A stretch of DNA of 64,000 bases from Amphiscolops sp. MND2022 (taxonomy: Eukaryota): NCBI GenBank assembly GCA_964187785.1, contig OZ076417.1:16306001-16370000 (forward strand), read 5' to 3'. Below, in pieces: positions 11,865-25,196 of this stretch (position 1 is the stretch's first letter; every line of letters starts with the position of its first letter). The notes below the pieces were generated by a model that saw only the letters and a program-made list of their open reading frames with translations, did no database searches and was not told the origin of the DNA. The position numbers and the translations under genes are program-made.

Positions 11865-14149
11865 ATTGTCTTCATAGATCCAATTATGCCATACAACTCT
11901 AAATTTAATACAAAATATCTTATCTTACAGTAAAATTATCCTTGATGGCAACCCTATTATTCTGACTAGCCATTAAAGAGAACAAGGCTTCGTACTCCAT
12001 TTTTTAAATCTACAGATCAACGTCTAAAATGTTCTCTGACTCCAGATGTAATACCATTTTTGAATAACATCATATTTCAATACACAAACCCACTCTCATT
12101 TGAAACAGAACCCCATGTTATACATACTATTCATTTGGCAAGAGAATATTGTGACTCTTACTAATACTACTTTTGGTATAAAACCCTAGAAATAACACCA
12201 TCCCAAACTCCTTTTCAAACTATTTTTAACCCAGTTAATGGTATAAACACAGGAACATACTATATAACAATTCATTCACAACTCATAACTCTTTCTATAC
12301 AAGATGTTTTCATTGCTTATAAGGACAAATATATAGAACATAATGAGAATCTAGACACACCATTAGATCTTTTTTTTTTCATCTCGAAAGTCTCAAAAAA
12401 ACACGATTTCTTTGATGGAACCAGAGCTTGAAACAAAGATACAGTACCACAGTGAAGATACAGTACCACAAATCATAATCTTTTCACATTTCTATTAAAT
12501 TTTTTTCAGATTTAATTACCAGTTACTATGGAACAACAAGATCAAAACAAGTACAAAAACGTTCCTCAAGTACTATCAGAAATTGAACTTTTACCATTCG
12601 TAAATAGTAATAGAAACAAACATGTACACTACAGGGATCTCACTTCATATAACATCAATCAGTTTGAACTAATCAACTTTGACTAAAACTTTTTTTCTAG
12701 AACCATCTCAAAACCAATCTATTTTACCTCCTCCTCCAATAGAAAGAACTACAAAAACTCAATATCATCTGACACACCAACCAAAAATGGAATTATAGAC
12801 TTTTTTACCACCGTCAAAACTACAAAACCAATCATTCACTCTACTGGCTCAATGAAAACTGGTCAATGAAAAATTGGTAAAGCTTAGAAACTGTCGAAAC
12901 TGAATTTAGGCAATGAACTATAATCCAGGATTTTTTTCTGATACATCTCCTTCTGCTCCAAGTTTATTCACCAGTACCGAATCTCAAGCCACTACTACTA
13001 CTCATACTCGTAATGTAACTCCGTGACTCCTTCCAAAAGACCAAGGAGTCAAATTACTGATATATCTTCTATATCATCCTACCATCAACTACTACAAGTA
13101 GACCAACCATAACTGAATTCCCTATTAACCCTCGTTCTCAACCATCACCAATCAATACACCTTCGGTACATATACCAAACCCAGAATCTGTTGAACGATA
13201 CGTGAATTACAAACAACATAGAGCTAATAAAACTGGCAGACATCAACCTCAACTGAATCTTGTACACATTCCTGGCACTGTATATACACAACTACCTCCA
13301 TTACAATTACCATCAGAAGTAATTACCACTTCTTCAAAAATGTATCCTCCACTAAAACCCCTTAGAAAATCATCTACATCACTATCAATCCTTTTAGACA
13401 ACACTTCTGACTTTATACCATCACAGGAATCTACAAGTTCACTTTTCACTCCACATCATAGGTATAATCTCCGAAAACTCCCTTCACGCCGACTTAGTAA
13501 AGATACTTCGACACTTAATTTCTCTGCTCTTTCAAGTAATCCTGCTTTAAAGACTCCAAGACAACACGCACAACCTTTATCTTCTGATGCACACTTTTCA
13601 GAACTTCCTCAATCTCTCTCTTCTTCAATCATATCTTACATCTGGTCTTGAAACAGCTTCATTACTATCTTCTGATGCACAAACTGCATTCTTTTCTAGA
13701 AACATTTTCTCTGAAGTTTTAGTACCTACTACTCTTCCTGCACATATTAGTCTACCTGAATATTACACTGCAGATCATTCTAGACCCCCAACTCCGAATT
13801 TTGCCCAATTCGAGTTGACGGAACTACAATATACGATCCAAAAAACAATCCCCGTTTACCAATTCTTACAGAACGCTTTATTACAAATAACGACCTTTTA
13901 TATAAGAAAAGAAAAGAAACACAACTTGAAAGACCCCAAATTCCTAATCTAGAGCTAAAGTTTGAAGTTGAAGTTAAATTCCAAGGTTCAAATGCCCACC
14001 CAGTATTACACGTTGCAAAGAAAGAACAGAAAAGCACTCCTGCTCCTTCCTAAGTTGTACAGATTGATCTTGAACGAGATCCTAACCTTCCTACTCTAAC
14101 ATATGGCCAGATTGTAATTTATAACCCATACTCTGGTCCTAAAAAAAAA

Positions 14150-16400
14150 CAACTTCCTTTTAGACTCTATACCTTTATCAATGTCACTTATCTATTAATC
14201 CATTCATTCATACTAACTTTCACATCTATAATACCTATAACATCACCTAGTATAGAAAACTATCTCCCATCAGACGATCCAAATATTACAAACCTTATGG
14301 TTTCTCACTATATGATTGTGGAAAACAACATAGTCTACGACAATTCAATTTATTAAATGTGAAGCAATGTACAGAAGCTCCTTCAAACATTCAACACGCT
14401 AGTGTTGAAGCCCCAGTCTATGTAATAGCAAAAGTTAAACGCATTCAAGCTTACAAATGTGTTTTTTATGCCAAAAAAGAAAAAAGATTTGTTTCCAAGG
14501 CTCAGTGAAATATCGACGAGTTGACAGAACTGTATGGAACAATAACACTATGCCACTACCTGTTGCAATTGATCCTTTAGAATGTAAGATTATTTATTAG
14601 ACATCTCAATGGTACAAATAACAAAATATTAAACAACTTACATTACAATACCACTTCTACACTTTTGGAAGATCACTACTTCCAAAAAAGATTAGAACGA
14701 TATCAGACTCCTTTCACAGTACATCAACTAAATAAATTGTACACAGGCACCTTTACTTTTATGCCTGCAGATGAAGACTGGATATATAACCCAAAAAAAC
14801 CTTTATCACAACTGTTCTGCTCATCATCAATTCGAAGTCAACCTAGTAAGTTGGCGATTAGAAATTTCTGAAATAGAACTGACATATGATAATACAGAAA
14901 ACGTTATGATATTAGATGGACATACTCGTCCATGCTACTTTGCAGATGGTTTTTGCAAACTAACCACTGAAGCTCCTCTCACTCTTGTTTGGTTTAGCGA
15001 AGATTGTTGCTTAATCTTTACATTACAAGATTTTATTGGACGAATGACAAAAATTGAAGATCGATAAAAGATTGAAAAAGAAACTTTTGTACATTCTTCA
15101 CATTCAACAAAACCTGAGGCAACATCTGGCATTAAAGGTACACCACATCCTTATGTACATGCTCCGATACACTAAACCCGAATAATCCTAGTCTTTCACG
15201 TTTTGAAGTACTTCCAAATGCTCAAACTTTCTGTGGTAAACCCGACCATCTTTATTCTACACAATACTCTGGTCTTTTTGTAACATATACAGATGGTTTC
15301 AACATGCATACATGACAACCAAATCCTCAATCTATCAATACCGAATATATTTTCGGTAAAAATGTATTGGACAATTCTAGTAACAAATTTATGTTCCCTG
15401 CATTAAACGTTTCAAATAATTTTGCTACAATTGATTACGATGCTCAAAAAATACAAAAATTGACTTGACTATAAACCATGTTTTTCGCTCTATGACAGTA
15501 CAAAACTAAACACTCTTCATACAGTTTGTGAACTGGAACGAAATCAACATCTTACGATACTTGCAAGGTCAGTACAAAACCCTCAACTTGCTGGATTCCT
15601 TTTAACAGGCAATCGCAGTAACTTCTTCTACCTTGAAGGCTCAACTGCATGGCTTTACAATTGCCCACACTTTCTCTCTTCTTTATAAAAAGCTGATCGA
15701 TGCTTTGATCGTATACCTATACATTTGTAGACACTCTCATGTATGTAGACCCAATTATAAGACAAACTTATGACTATGCAACTCCTAGTGCATGTGATAA
15801 AAAGGCAAGAAACATTTTTGAACTAGACCCTGACTCTGATGATCAAAATTTTTACATTCTCGGACCAGAACCTATTAAACGAAAACCACCATTAACGTTC
15901 ACACCTTCTCAAATCAAAACTACAATACTTCCTAACACTTTCAGAGCTTAAGACGCTGGCAATAATGCTAATGCTGAGCTTGATTAATTTGGAACAGAAT
16001 TCTATTTTCAAAACATTCTGATTCTACACTTCAACTTCCGGGAAAAGCTCTTAGCTACTCCTTTATTTCATCTAATACACCTAAATATGATGCAAATTCT
16101 CCTCATGAAAATCCGTACAATACAATACGCATTGGTTTACATGACAAACTCATAGTTCTAACTCTTCTTTTTACACCCACATTGTTTTCAGATGTTTTTA
16201 TTGCACTGTTTGGATACCCATGTTACACTCTATTTCAATGTGGAATATTTTTTTTCTACATTTCTTTTCGTACAAGCAACTCTAACACCCATCAAAAAAC
16301 TATATAAAACAATTTCAATTGGATACAATCTTGAACAAAATGTTACTATATTTAGTTCTATAGCTAGCACATGGATTTCTTAATTTTCTCACAGTTCAAA
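14150..16400 (+). pseudogene. env: Envelope-like fusion glycoprotein (chuvirus G / class III-like), frameshifted
   Basis: The stitched translation has a hydrophobic N-terminus, YDCGKQ...NVKQC, many Cys and N-x-S/T sites, the motif LNTLHTVCELERNQHLTILARSVQNPQLAGFLLTGNRSNFFYLEGSTAWLYNC (~15506-15666), and a C-terminal TM segment (IALFGYPCY..FQCGIFFSTFLFVQ). Confidence 0.75.
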
Positions 16401-17071
16401 TGGTAAATGACCTCATTGATAGTAATCATAAAAAAAACCAAATTAGCACTCCAAATTTTCAAGTCTCTGACACATATGACTGACAACCCACTGGAAGCCT
16501 TTTCTGATAACCAAACAAATTCAATTAATAACCCAACTGGTAGTACTTCCCCTCCACCTTCTTATACAAACCAAACGTCCCAATAGACTTCAGATGATAA
16601 GACTCAAATTATTTCCCAAAAAGGAAACAATTTCACCAACATAAGATTCATCATAGAACTTCCACCCTTCAATCCTCTTCAGTACAACACCCAACTTTAC
16701 CTAATTATTCAAATGTCAATACCACTCCAAATGACGTTATCGTTGACAACATTTCTGTCACTGATGACACTGACAGCCCTATTAAGATATATTCCAAAAG
16801 AAATTATTGTTTTCCTCCGCCACCTTTTAAAATTCAAATAACTCTGCTTGCCTTTCTAATATAGAACGCTTGCCTGCCAAATCTCACTCTCGCTTGAAAT
16901 ACGCTTCAAAATTGAGCTACCTTCTCCGCCTGGATCAACTTCAGTTGTCCAAATTAGAATACACCATACCCATACTCCTATATTAAAAATTCGTGTGCTC
17001 ACACAAACTCCAACCAAAGTGGATAAAGCTACTCCTTAGTTTAACTTTCTCTATATTACAAATTTTTCACA

Positions 17072-18090
17072 ATGACACAAGCACAACTTGGTCTACAAAA
17101 TCAACAAGAAAAAACTTTTTCTAATCTCATTACACAACTTTTTTTTAATGATTCTCCTGTTCTCTTCCTTGAACCTATTGATCAAGTAAATGCTCGTCCT
17201 TCAGAACAAACTCAATATACCACTTCTTCAAAAGCTCACAATCCTTTTGATAATACACATGAAATACCAGCACCACCGCAAACACGCTACGAAATTACGA
17301 AAGATCCTGTCTTTCTCTCTTCCCCCATCTTTTCTCCTACAATACCAACTAAACCTTCACTTTCTACAAATCGTGATGATCATTTGATACCACTTCTCTC
17401 ACAAGATAATTTCACGTTTAAAGCACAACTGACTTCTCTCTATATGTATCCTACTGACTATACATTCCGTCTATATGACAAAAATCAAGGTTTCTTCAAA
17501 TCCATTGCTTCAAAAATAATGTTTCCATACCAATACTGGCTTGACAATGGACTAAAAATCTTCTCTCTACAGTTTAACTTTCTACGCCCGTCAATCTATG
17601 ATTTGAAAACGGACAAACTTGAACCTTCCTTCCTCTCACTTTCGCAAAAAGCTTCTCATCATGAAACAAACTCTAAATTTTTACAGCACACCAAACCACA
17701 GAACTACATTTTCGTCATTTATATATACACTTGACCATACAATATGACACATTTATACACAATAGACCACGCTCGCATAACAGGATACCTTCGTAAAATA
17801 CGATCCTATAAAGCAATATTTCTGCAACATCACGTCCACTTATTGTACCTCAAGAATATCTCATACACTTTGATGATTTTTTGTTGCCTTTCAACATTCC
17901 TACTCAAATTGTGAAACCTCTCACAGTTATAAAACACCTTGTTTCTTCTCCACTCAATGATGAACACCAATTATATTATACTGCTCTTGCTAAACAATCG
18001 CGTTCATACAACGAATTACTCTTTATTTCTGCTGATATTGTTTCATATATGGTACAAAGAGAACACAAAGCAGAACATAAACCGTCTTGA
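17072..18090 (+). pseudogene. Accessory ORF of the env-type LTR element, unknown function (220-aa ORF plus frameshifted continuation)
   Basis: ORF 17072-17734 continues in another frame to 17881-18090. No recognisable domain. Confidence 0.5.
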
Positions 18091-18859
18091 ACATACATCA
18101 CTCAATCGCAACACTCCTGAAAAACTTTCATCAGTACTCAATAATCGTATTATTCGCGATATAACACATCTATTGGACCCGTGCAAACGAAACTCCTCTG
18201 AATCTCTCGTCACCACTCTCACACCTATAATACACTCCAATGATAGAACACCCAAACTCCTACTATCACTCGACTTAGATTCACAACGTAACACACAATC
18301 ATCACAAGCAATACAATCTGCTCTTGAATATTTGACTACTCTTTTTAACTCAACTAATCTCCATTAAAAGTATACACAGGTAATACAAAATTTTTAAATT
18401 TTAATTCCTTTGAAACACTATTGGACACTAATGTTTGATCTTTAATACAGGTAACCTTTTTTACCTTTTTATATGAAGCTTTTTCCTAAACTTATAGTAC
18501 AGTTGTCATTTTGTTTCATACATACATTACTCTACTCTTTGAACTTTTGGTACATGCAATAATTTCTTACATTACACTTAAAAATTGAAGGATTGAAAAC
18601 ATATAAGAGACAAGACATATTAGCACCCAGTTATGATACTATAAAGCACCAAACCTTATAGCACACATGTTAAAAACTTGATGACAAGTTTCTCAGAACT
18701 TCATTGTTTTCGAAACTTCTATTCTTCCTTCTCCTTCCTCTTTTCGAATTTGGTTGAATCCATCCACTCTAACTTCTTTCTACCCGGACTTCTTGCGGAC
18801 TCTTCCACTTGTTGCCGCATCGTCGTATCACCAACACTTTCAGCATGGCTCAAGATCCT

Positions 18860-19280
18860 AAAGACAAAACAAAATTTATCTTATCTACAAACGCAAATAG
18901 CCTAAAAGCTGCAACATTCCTACCATGGCTTTTGAAATGTCTCTCGAGATTAACAATGATAAAGTCACGATACCTACAAAAAGATCTTTTCCCAAGGTCT
19001 TATACAATGTCTGCAAAATAAAAAAGAAAATAATCAACTTTGAACAATACACTCGTTTCCACCTTGATGGACCCAAAATGGCAATTTGAGAAACTGTATT
19101 TGACGCAAGTTTCGTACTCAATTATTCTTTTACAACAAAAGACAATTTTTTTCGCGCTCTGATCGACGAAGCTTGTGAAGCTTTCAACAAAATGATGCAT
19201 GAATTCGGGTACACCCAAAAACTCGAAATATATGACCCGACTAAGCATCAAACTTATCCTCCTCAACAACATCCATTCTA
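18860..19280 (+). pseudogene. Second accessory ORF remnant of the env-type element
   Basis: The plus frame reads EMSLEINNDKVTIPTKRSFPKVLYNVCKIKKKIINFEQYTRFHLDGPKMAI*ETVFDASFVLNYSF, with a weak homolog at ~9300-9500 (minus). Confidence 0.35.
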
Positions 19281-20664
19281 GTAACTCTAAATGCAAATTC
19301 TTTTCACTCTTCATTTTGCTACTTGACAATTCTTCATCTTTCTTCGATGAACGTAGTCGCAATGAAATTCCACCACTACTCTTCCGAACCTCTACAAAAG
19401 CAAGCTTCTTCACTGCGTTGCAGCACTTTCTTGTCTTCGATTGGTCACCATCATCCATCGTCTTAAGTGGCCTCATCATCTTCGCTGGCCCAATCACTCT
19501 TTGAACTGGTCTTCAACTCTTCGCCGCACTTCACTGTTTCAACTGGTCTCCAGTGAGTCAACTGCTTCAACTGGTCACCATTGCGTCAACTGCTTCAACT
19601 GGCTTTAACTGCTTCAACTGGTCTTTTCGGCACTGGCCCTTCGCAAGCCGAATTGATTATTTCAAACTCAACTGAGACTCAACTAAAATTAATTTAAAAA
19701 TACCTCACATTACTTCGAAGTAACTTGTATTTTTTTATTGTATTACTCTTATAACCTCGAAATTAGTAACTATTGTAATCGTAATTATAATCGTATAATC
19801 CCCCCGTAATTAGTGCTTCTATTTTTTAATAATTGTAGTATAATTACCATGTAACCACAAAACTTGCTTGTAAACTCTTTTATAATTACCCACATTACCT
19901 TGTGTTAAATACAAATCTATATCTCGTGTATGATACAAACCTCTAAGACAACTATTATCCACCTTTCGTTTACAGTACACAAGTCTTTCTCATGGAACAA
20001 AAATTTTTCAAGTTTTTGTGTACAGAACATCTAAATTCCTTCTTTAGAACATGCGAACGAATCATTTCAATCCTCAAAAACTTTCACTCAAAAATTGTTC
20101 CTCAAAAAATGTGAAAAACTCAAAACTTTTCCTCATTCTCTTGAGTACACCAACTTTTCAAACGTTTGAAACATTTCAACTCTAGAACAAATTCTCTGCA
20201 TCCGCTTGCTTGTCACTTTTGTTGAAAATGAACTCGAACTAGAACCTAGACGTTTCACTTTTGGTTCAAAACCCCGGCACTTTTGTTCACAACTCATTGA
20301 CAACTTCATAGAATCGTTCTTCAACATGAAAAAGTTTTCAATTCTGAATAACTCATGTTGAAGTACACAAATTTTTCAAACAAGCCGATGGCAGATACGA
20401 AAAATTAGCACATAGTAGTAAACATGTTGTCAATCAATAACTCGAAAACAACTATCAGTCACTTGTCAGTCAAACTGAAATTTTTGCACCAATTTGAATC
20501 GCCACTCACGTAAGAAGTCAAATCGTCATAGGTTGATCTCAGTCCTTAAGTATGATACGTTTTAGAACAAAACTCATGCATACAACATCTGAAACAAACA
20601 CTTTAGAACTCCTTTTTCCAAAGTGCAGATATACATTTTTCTTTTTCAAAATTTCCTGGTTGAT

Positions 20665-21116
20665 TGTGATGCCACGATACATGTCCTCAACAACTTTGAA
20701 ATATTTATTTAACTTTGAAAGTCACCCACCTTTATAAAGACAGACGTCAATCAATTTTGAAGTTGATTGGATTTGCTGACACCCGCAGAAAACTTCATTA
20801 AAAACTGATGAACATTTTGGGATAACCTTATTATTATCCCATCTTATTGTGGTCATTTTAGATTGATTAGCATGAACATTAGATTAGTATAATCATTGAT
20901 GAAACTGTAGAACATATCTACTCAGAGAAAATAGAATATGATCTGAAGAACAGTCTTATGTAGAAGAAAGACCTAACTGAGATCTCAGAGATATTTGAAG
21001 ATCGCTAGCTAGTCAGTTAACTTGGTACCTCGGACGAATCTGCTGGTAAAAATCTCAGACTTCTCATGTGCTCGATAAAAGAATTAGGAACAGCAATAAC
21101 ATATAAATTTAACAGC
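20665..21116 (+). repeat. LTR copy 2 (TG...CA)
   Basis: TGTGATGCCACG...TTTAACA; direct repeat of 10451-10897. Confidence 0.85.
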
Positions 21117-23643
21117 TCAGAACGGAGTTAACTAATCGATTGATGAACAACACCTAAAATCAGTAACAACTAATTCATCCTATTCACTTTGAAACAACGG
21201 AGCTCAACACTTTTGATAGTACTCAATATTGATAGCTAGTTAACGAGTGCATACTTATATACGGGTTGACAGAAACAAGCACAAAGAAATAAGCATGTAA
21301 TTACCAAGTTGGAAAGCACGGCATGGCGAACTGCCTGAAATTTATAGCGACAGTCCTGTGGCCTAGCAAGCGGCCTCAAAAGTTAGAATTGAAACGCCGG
21401 CCTGGCAAGGAGCCTCAAATTGAAAGATACGCTTTATTGGAATTGAACCACTTAGATATTACTGTTGAAGCAAGTAAGCACATGTCAACCTATTTATTGG
21501 ATTTGAACGATTGTAGAAACGATGCTGAACATGTAATTGTTATAAATGCTTGAAGATCTTTGTGGAATACGAGCGTTTGTGTACTACGGCCTAGGACGTG
21601 CCCCGGGGAAGAAAAATAAATATGTGTTGATGTTGATTATTGTTGTGTTTTAGCAAATTAATGAAACCATTAGCTAATCCCAAGGCTCTATTGTTGAATA
21701 TGTGTAGTTCGTAATTCTATCCAAGTGAAAATAGTAATCAGTTATTCATGCGTTCCAGACCGTAGCCTGAGACTGCGATATAAATTATTCTAAAACTCTT
21801 ATCCCCAATTTCCTAAAAAACCAGTAAAGTAGACCCGTTTCAAGCATTGCCATGTATTGTGAAAATTTTGAGTTAGATCGGATAGGAGTTTCCCCTTTCC
21901 GTAAAAACTGATTGTCATGATTTTTATTCCATTTTCCTTCTTCAAAGCGCTTCTTGAATCATTCTTATTATTCCACGACCAAGTTCAGGTACGCGCCTTG
22001 AAGGACGGGAAATAGAGGCGAAGGGAAGCTGAATCGCAATCGGACGGGACGTGGACCCTTGCTTTCCTCGGAGAGCGCTAACAAACTGAGAGTCTGAGGT
22101 CGACAAGGCGGAACTGAACTTCTGGTTTCTCTGTCTCTGAGGGATGCCGGACTGAACGAGAGGTGAATGATGTGTGCAAATTCCCCGGTAGGAAGTGAAG
22201 AAAGTATAATATGTAAAAAAATGAGCTATCAATCATAATTTTTGTTTGATTTTGCTATTGAAAAATATGAAAGTTGAATTAGCTCTTTCCTTATTGTTCA
22301 AGCAAATAGCATTGTTTAAATAGTTTTCCTAGAAAGATTTTTCGGGAAAACACAACCTTGGAATTACTGAAGAAATGCTCGAACCATTGTCTAAGAGAAA
22401 AGCCCAGAAAAGATTCGCGAGGTAGATCATTGTAGGAACAGAAAACAGCTAGCTTGAGAACTGAAAGTGTCACCAGCTTTTCGGATAAGTATTTCTCTAA
22501 GATCTCCAAGAAAGTCGAAAAATCAATTAGCAGAATGATAAAGGAAACAGAAACAAATCAGAGAGAGATCCTGAAAATTATCTTCTAAAACCGACTCTTT
22601 GTGTGGAAAGACCGCAAATGGGATAAAACCAAACGCAGGAATAGTCGACATATAAAATTTCCCGTCGACCTCTGAGTCGTGAAAACCTGAAAACATGGCC
22701 CACGCTGAAGGTCATTACAGATCCGTGTATCTATATATCAACCGACGAAGTTTGAGATGAAGATATTAGTAGAGAAATGTTGAACGTGTAGTTTGAGGAA
22801 AAGAAAAAGATTTTAAAAACATGAATGGAGACAATAAAAATGTTTATGGGATTGAATGTGGCAGAAAATAGTATGAAATTGAAGCATGAACTTTTTTAGT
22901 TTGTTGATGATTCCTTACGTTCGTTTTCCTCGCGAGCTACCTCAAAAACCATCGAACTTGATTTATGAAACGTTTTTTTGCAAATCAGACTAATTGAAAT
23001 ATTTGGAACTGAATTAGCTTTTCTTCGCCTTAGGTTTCTTCACAAGTCACAAAAAATCAACTTTTGTTGTCTTTCCGTATTGTATTTTCCGTGCTACTTT
23101 CCTCGTGTAGCGGAAATCAACCTGTAGTCTGGTAATAACTCCGAGTGAGTGTGGCTCCCGTCACGTTAAAGGCGCATGTTAGATTTGCCTCCAGTTTTTT
23201 ATGACACTTGTTACGAGAACACGTAATGTCAACAGAGAAAACTGTTGCAACGCTCAACACAAACGCCTCAAAGTACTATTTTTGATGTAAAATATCATCC
23301 GAAGTCAATGCAATTCTGAATTCAATCAGATATTGGAGATTCAGTTTAAAAATTGAAACTGCTCTTGGTTTTCAACTACTTTTTTATTAGCAAGGTAATT
23401 AATTTAATTGTCTTTCTCGCTCAAGTTCTTCTTGGTAACAGAATGGAATCTGAATGAATAAACCGAACCAAACAATTGTTTCTAATTTTCCCATGTAAAT
23501 GGATGGTGGACAGATCATTTTCGTCATTCCATTCTCTAAATTAGTAATTATGTTTCCCATTGTGCGCCTAATCTATGGTATTGTGAAGAAATGATTTTGA
23601 TTGCTTAATCTACGAAAACATATTGTGAAGACTTAAAAATGGT

Positions 23644-23733
23644 AGAAGAATACAGTCGCAAATAAACCAGGTACTTAGAACAGTTTTAAACCAAATTTAA
23701 ATTGAATAAAATTTTAACAAACACTTTTAAAAC
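23644..23733 (+). repeat. Left terminal inverted repeat of the Polinton
   Basis: AGAAGAATACAGTCGCAAATAAACCAGGTACTTAGAACAGTTTTAA, followed by AT-rich imperfect match out to ~90 bp. Confidence 0.95.
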
Positions 23734-23832
23734 TTCAAACCTTTGTTTGCTGCTGGGAATAAATATTTGATGATAAAGTAGGGGATAGTAGAAAAATAAA
23801 GGGATTTGTTCGCATGCAGAGCAGGGAGTTGG

Positions 23833-24608
23833 CTACTCCTGAGACCAGAAGTCGCGGTCGGATGAACAAATGTTCTCGAAATGCCGAACGCTCTGTGTAA
23901 GCTCCATCGGCGAGAATCCCGTGCGAACACGCCTCAGTTTCGGGAACTTTTTACAGAGCTCGTATATTCTTTTTGCCTCCGCGACTTTGGTTTTTCCCAG
24001 GAACACACCGAACTTCTGACGCTCGCTGGCAATGCGAGCGCAATTTTTTGTTGCCAGTTGGTGCTGGAGCACTTCCACAACCATTCCTCCGATATAAAAA
24101 CTTGGTCTATCAGACCTAAACTCAGCTCGCGCTCGTGCTGAAGTATATTTCGGCAGACTTGCCCGAAGTCCACAGAACGATCAAATAAGTTTTCATTTCG
24201 TAGCGCAGGAGATGATGACGGTGATTGCAAGCCGGACAAAAGTTTCTCTTTAACTTCGGCCTCTGTCAATTGACGTTTTCGTCTTTTTGGGACAGGGGCC
24301 GCATCGGAGGTGACTTCGGGAGACGATATGCTAGCTTCTGTAGCTGTCTCTTCCTGCTGCTGTTCTGGAAGCGGCTGCAACAAGAGGTCGTTCAGAAATG
24401 AAATAAACGATGGCAAGTTCATTTCCGCATTGGCCGGGGGAGGAACACGGGACCCTGTCCGCGAGCTCACAGAGAGCATTGCGGAAATCGAACGTAAAAT
24501 GCTATCAGCACGTTCGAATTGGTTTGGTGTCACAACCAAACCCGTTAACGAGTTTCGCAGCTGCATAAAAGCTGCTCTAAGGCTACTCGGCAACTGAAAC
24601 AAAAACAA
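23833..24608 (-). pseudogene. Polinton left-end accessory gene, unknown function (frameshift between ORFs 23934-24608 and 23833-24084)
   Basis: Contains a basic NLS-like PVPKRRKR and a C-terminal RIYELCKKFPKL...RDFWSQE segment. A strong splice acceptor TTGTTTTTGTTTCAG precedes position 24593. Confidence 0.55.
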
Positions 24609-24722
24609 CGAACATACTGAACACGTAAATTACTATACTTCACATAAAACATTGATAAAAATTATGTCAGTAAAGTTGCACAGTCAAATTTTACAAACTC
24701 TGAGCTTAAATATTATCATGCG

Positions 24723-25142
24723 CTATCTTGAAAGATGGACTAAAAATCTCAAAACGTCTTCTTCTGTGGCATATGACGGAAAACTCGAAATTTGAATCAA
24801 TTTTTCGCTTGTAAGTGACTGTTTTGTTCTATAGTAAAAATGTGCCAAATAAATACAATATATGCCACAGAATTGACTATCAGCAGGCTGAAGTAGCGTC
24901 GAAGATGGCTTGTATTGAAAGACACTTTGATTTCTCGGACGGACGGATCGACCAACTTTTGCAAAGATCTCCGCAAAATACTCTCGGAAATCTCTCCCGA
25001 AACTATTGTAAAGTAACACTGTGTCATTGTTCGAAGCGATGAGTAGCCAGTGTTCACCAGGTTGGGTTGAGGGATGTGTGTTCACAATAATGAATCCATT
25101 TTTTGCAAGGCAGGAAATGTATCTCGGGCATAACAACCTCAA
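24723..25142 (-). CDS. Adenain-like maturation cysteine protease (PRO)
   Basis: IIVNTHPSTQPGEHW (catalytic His), LYNSFG, and LQPADSQFCGIYCI (Gln/Cys motif). The start may lie further upstream. Confidence 0.9.
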   Translation of the reverse strand: MRLLCPRYISCLAKNGFIIVNTHPSTQPGEHWLLIASNNDTVLLYNSFGRDFREYFAEIFAKVGRSVRPRNQSVFQYKPSSTLLQPADSQFCGIYCIYLAHFYYRTKQSLTSEKLIQISSFPSYATEEDVLRFLVHLSR

Positions 25143-25196
25143 AACCGGAATTTGAGTACTGGGTCTTTGTTTATTAGGTCCGTTAACTGAGTGTTG

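Larger units (their letters stand above)
10451..21116 (+). mobile_element. Degenerate env-bearing LTR element lacking recognisable gag/pol
   Basis: Same-orientation LTR pair, visibly diverged (roughly 80% by eye), around a C/A-rich internal region with an env-like pseudogene and accessory ORFs. No RT, RH or IN motifs seen, and no TSD. Confidence 0.7.

Noticed and set aside
19527-19625. Short TCAACTGCTTCAACTGG repeats; also the 16-bp duplication at ~12436-12470
   Set aside because: Ordinary slippage repeats within a decayed retroelement.
10445-21122. Intact LTR element with target-site duplication
   Set aside because: Flanks (GAGAAC and GCTCAG) do not match, the LTRs are diverged and no canonical TGG primer-binding site follows either LTR.
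21240-23630. Possible further LTR or TE fragments (purine tract at ~21604)
   Set aside because: No partner repeat or coding motif was identifiable within the window.
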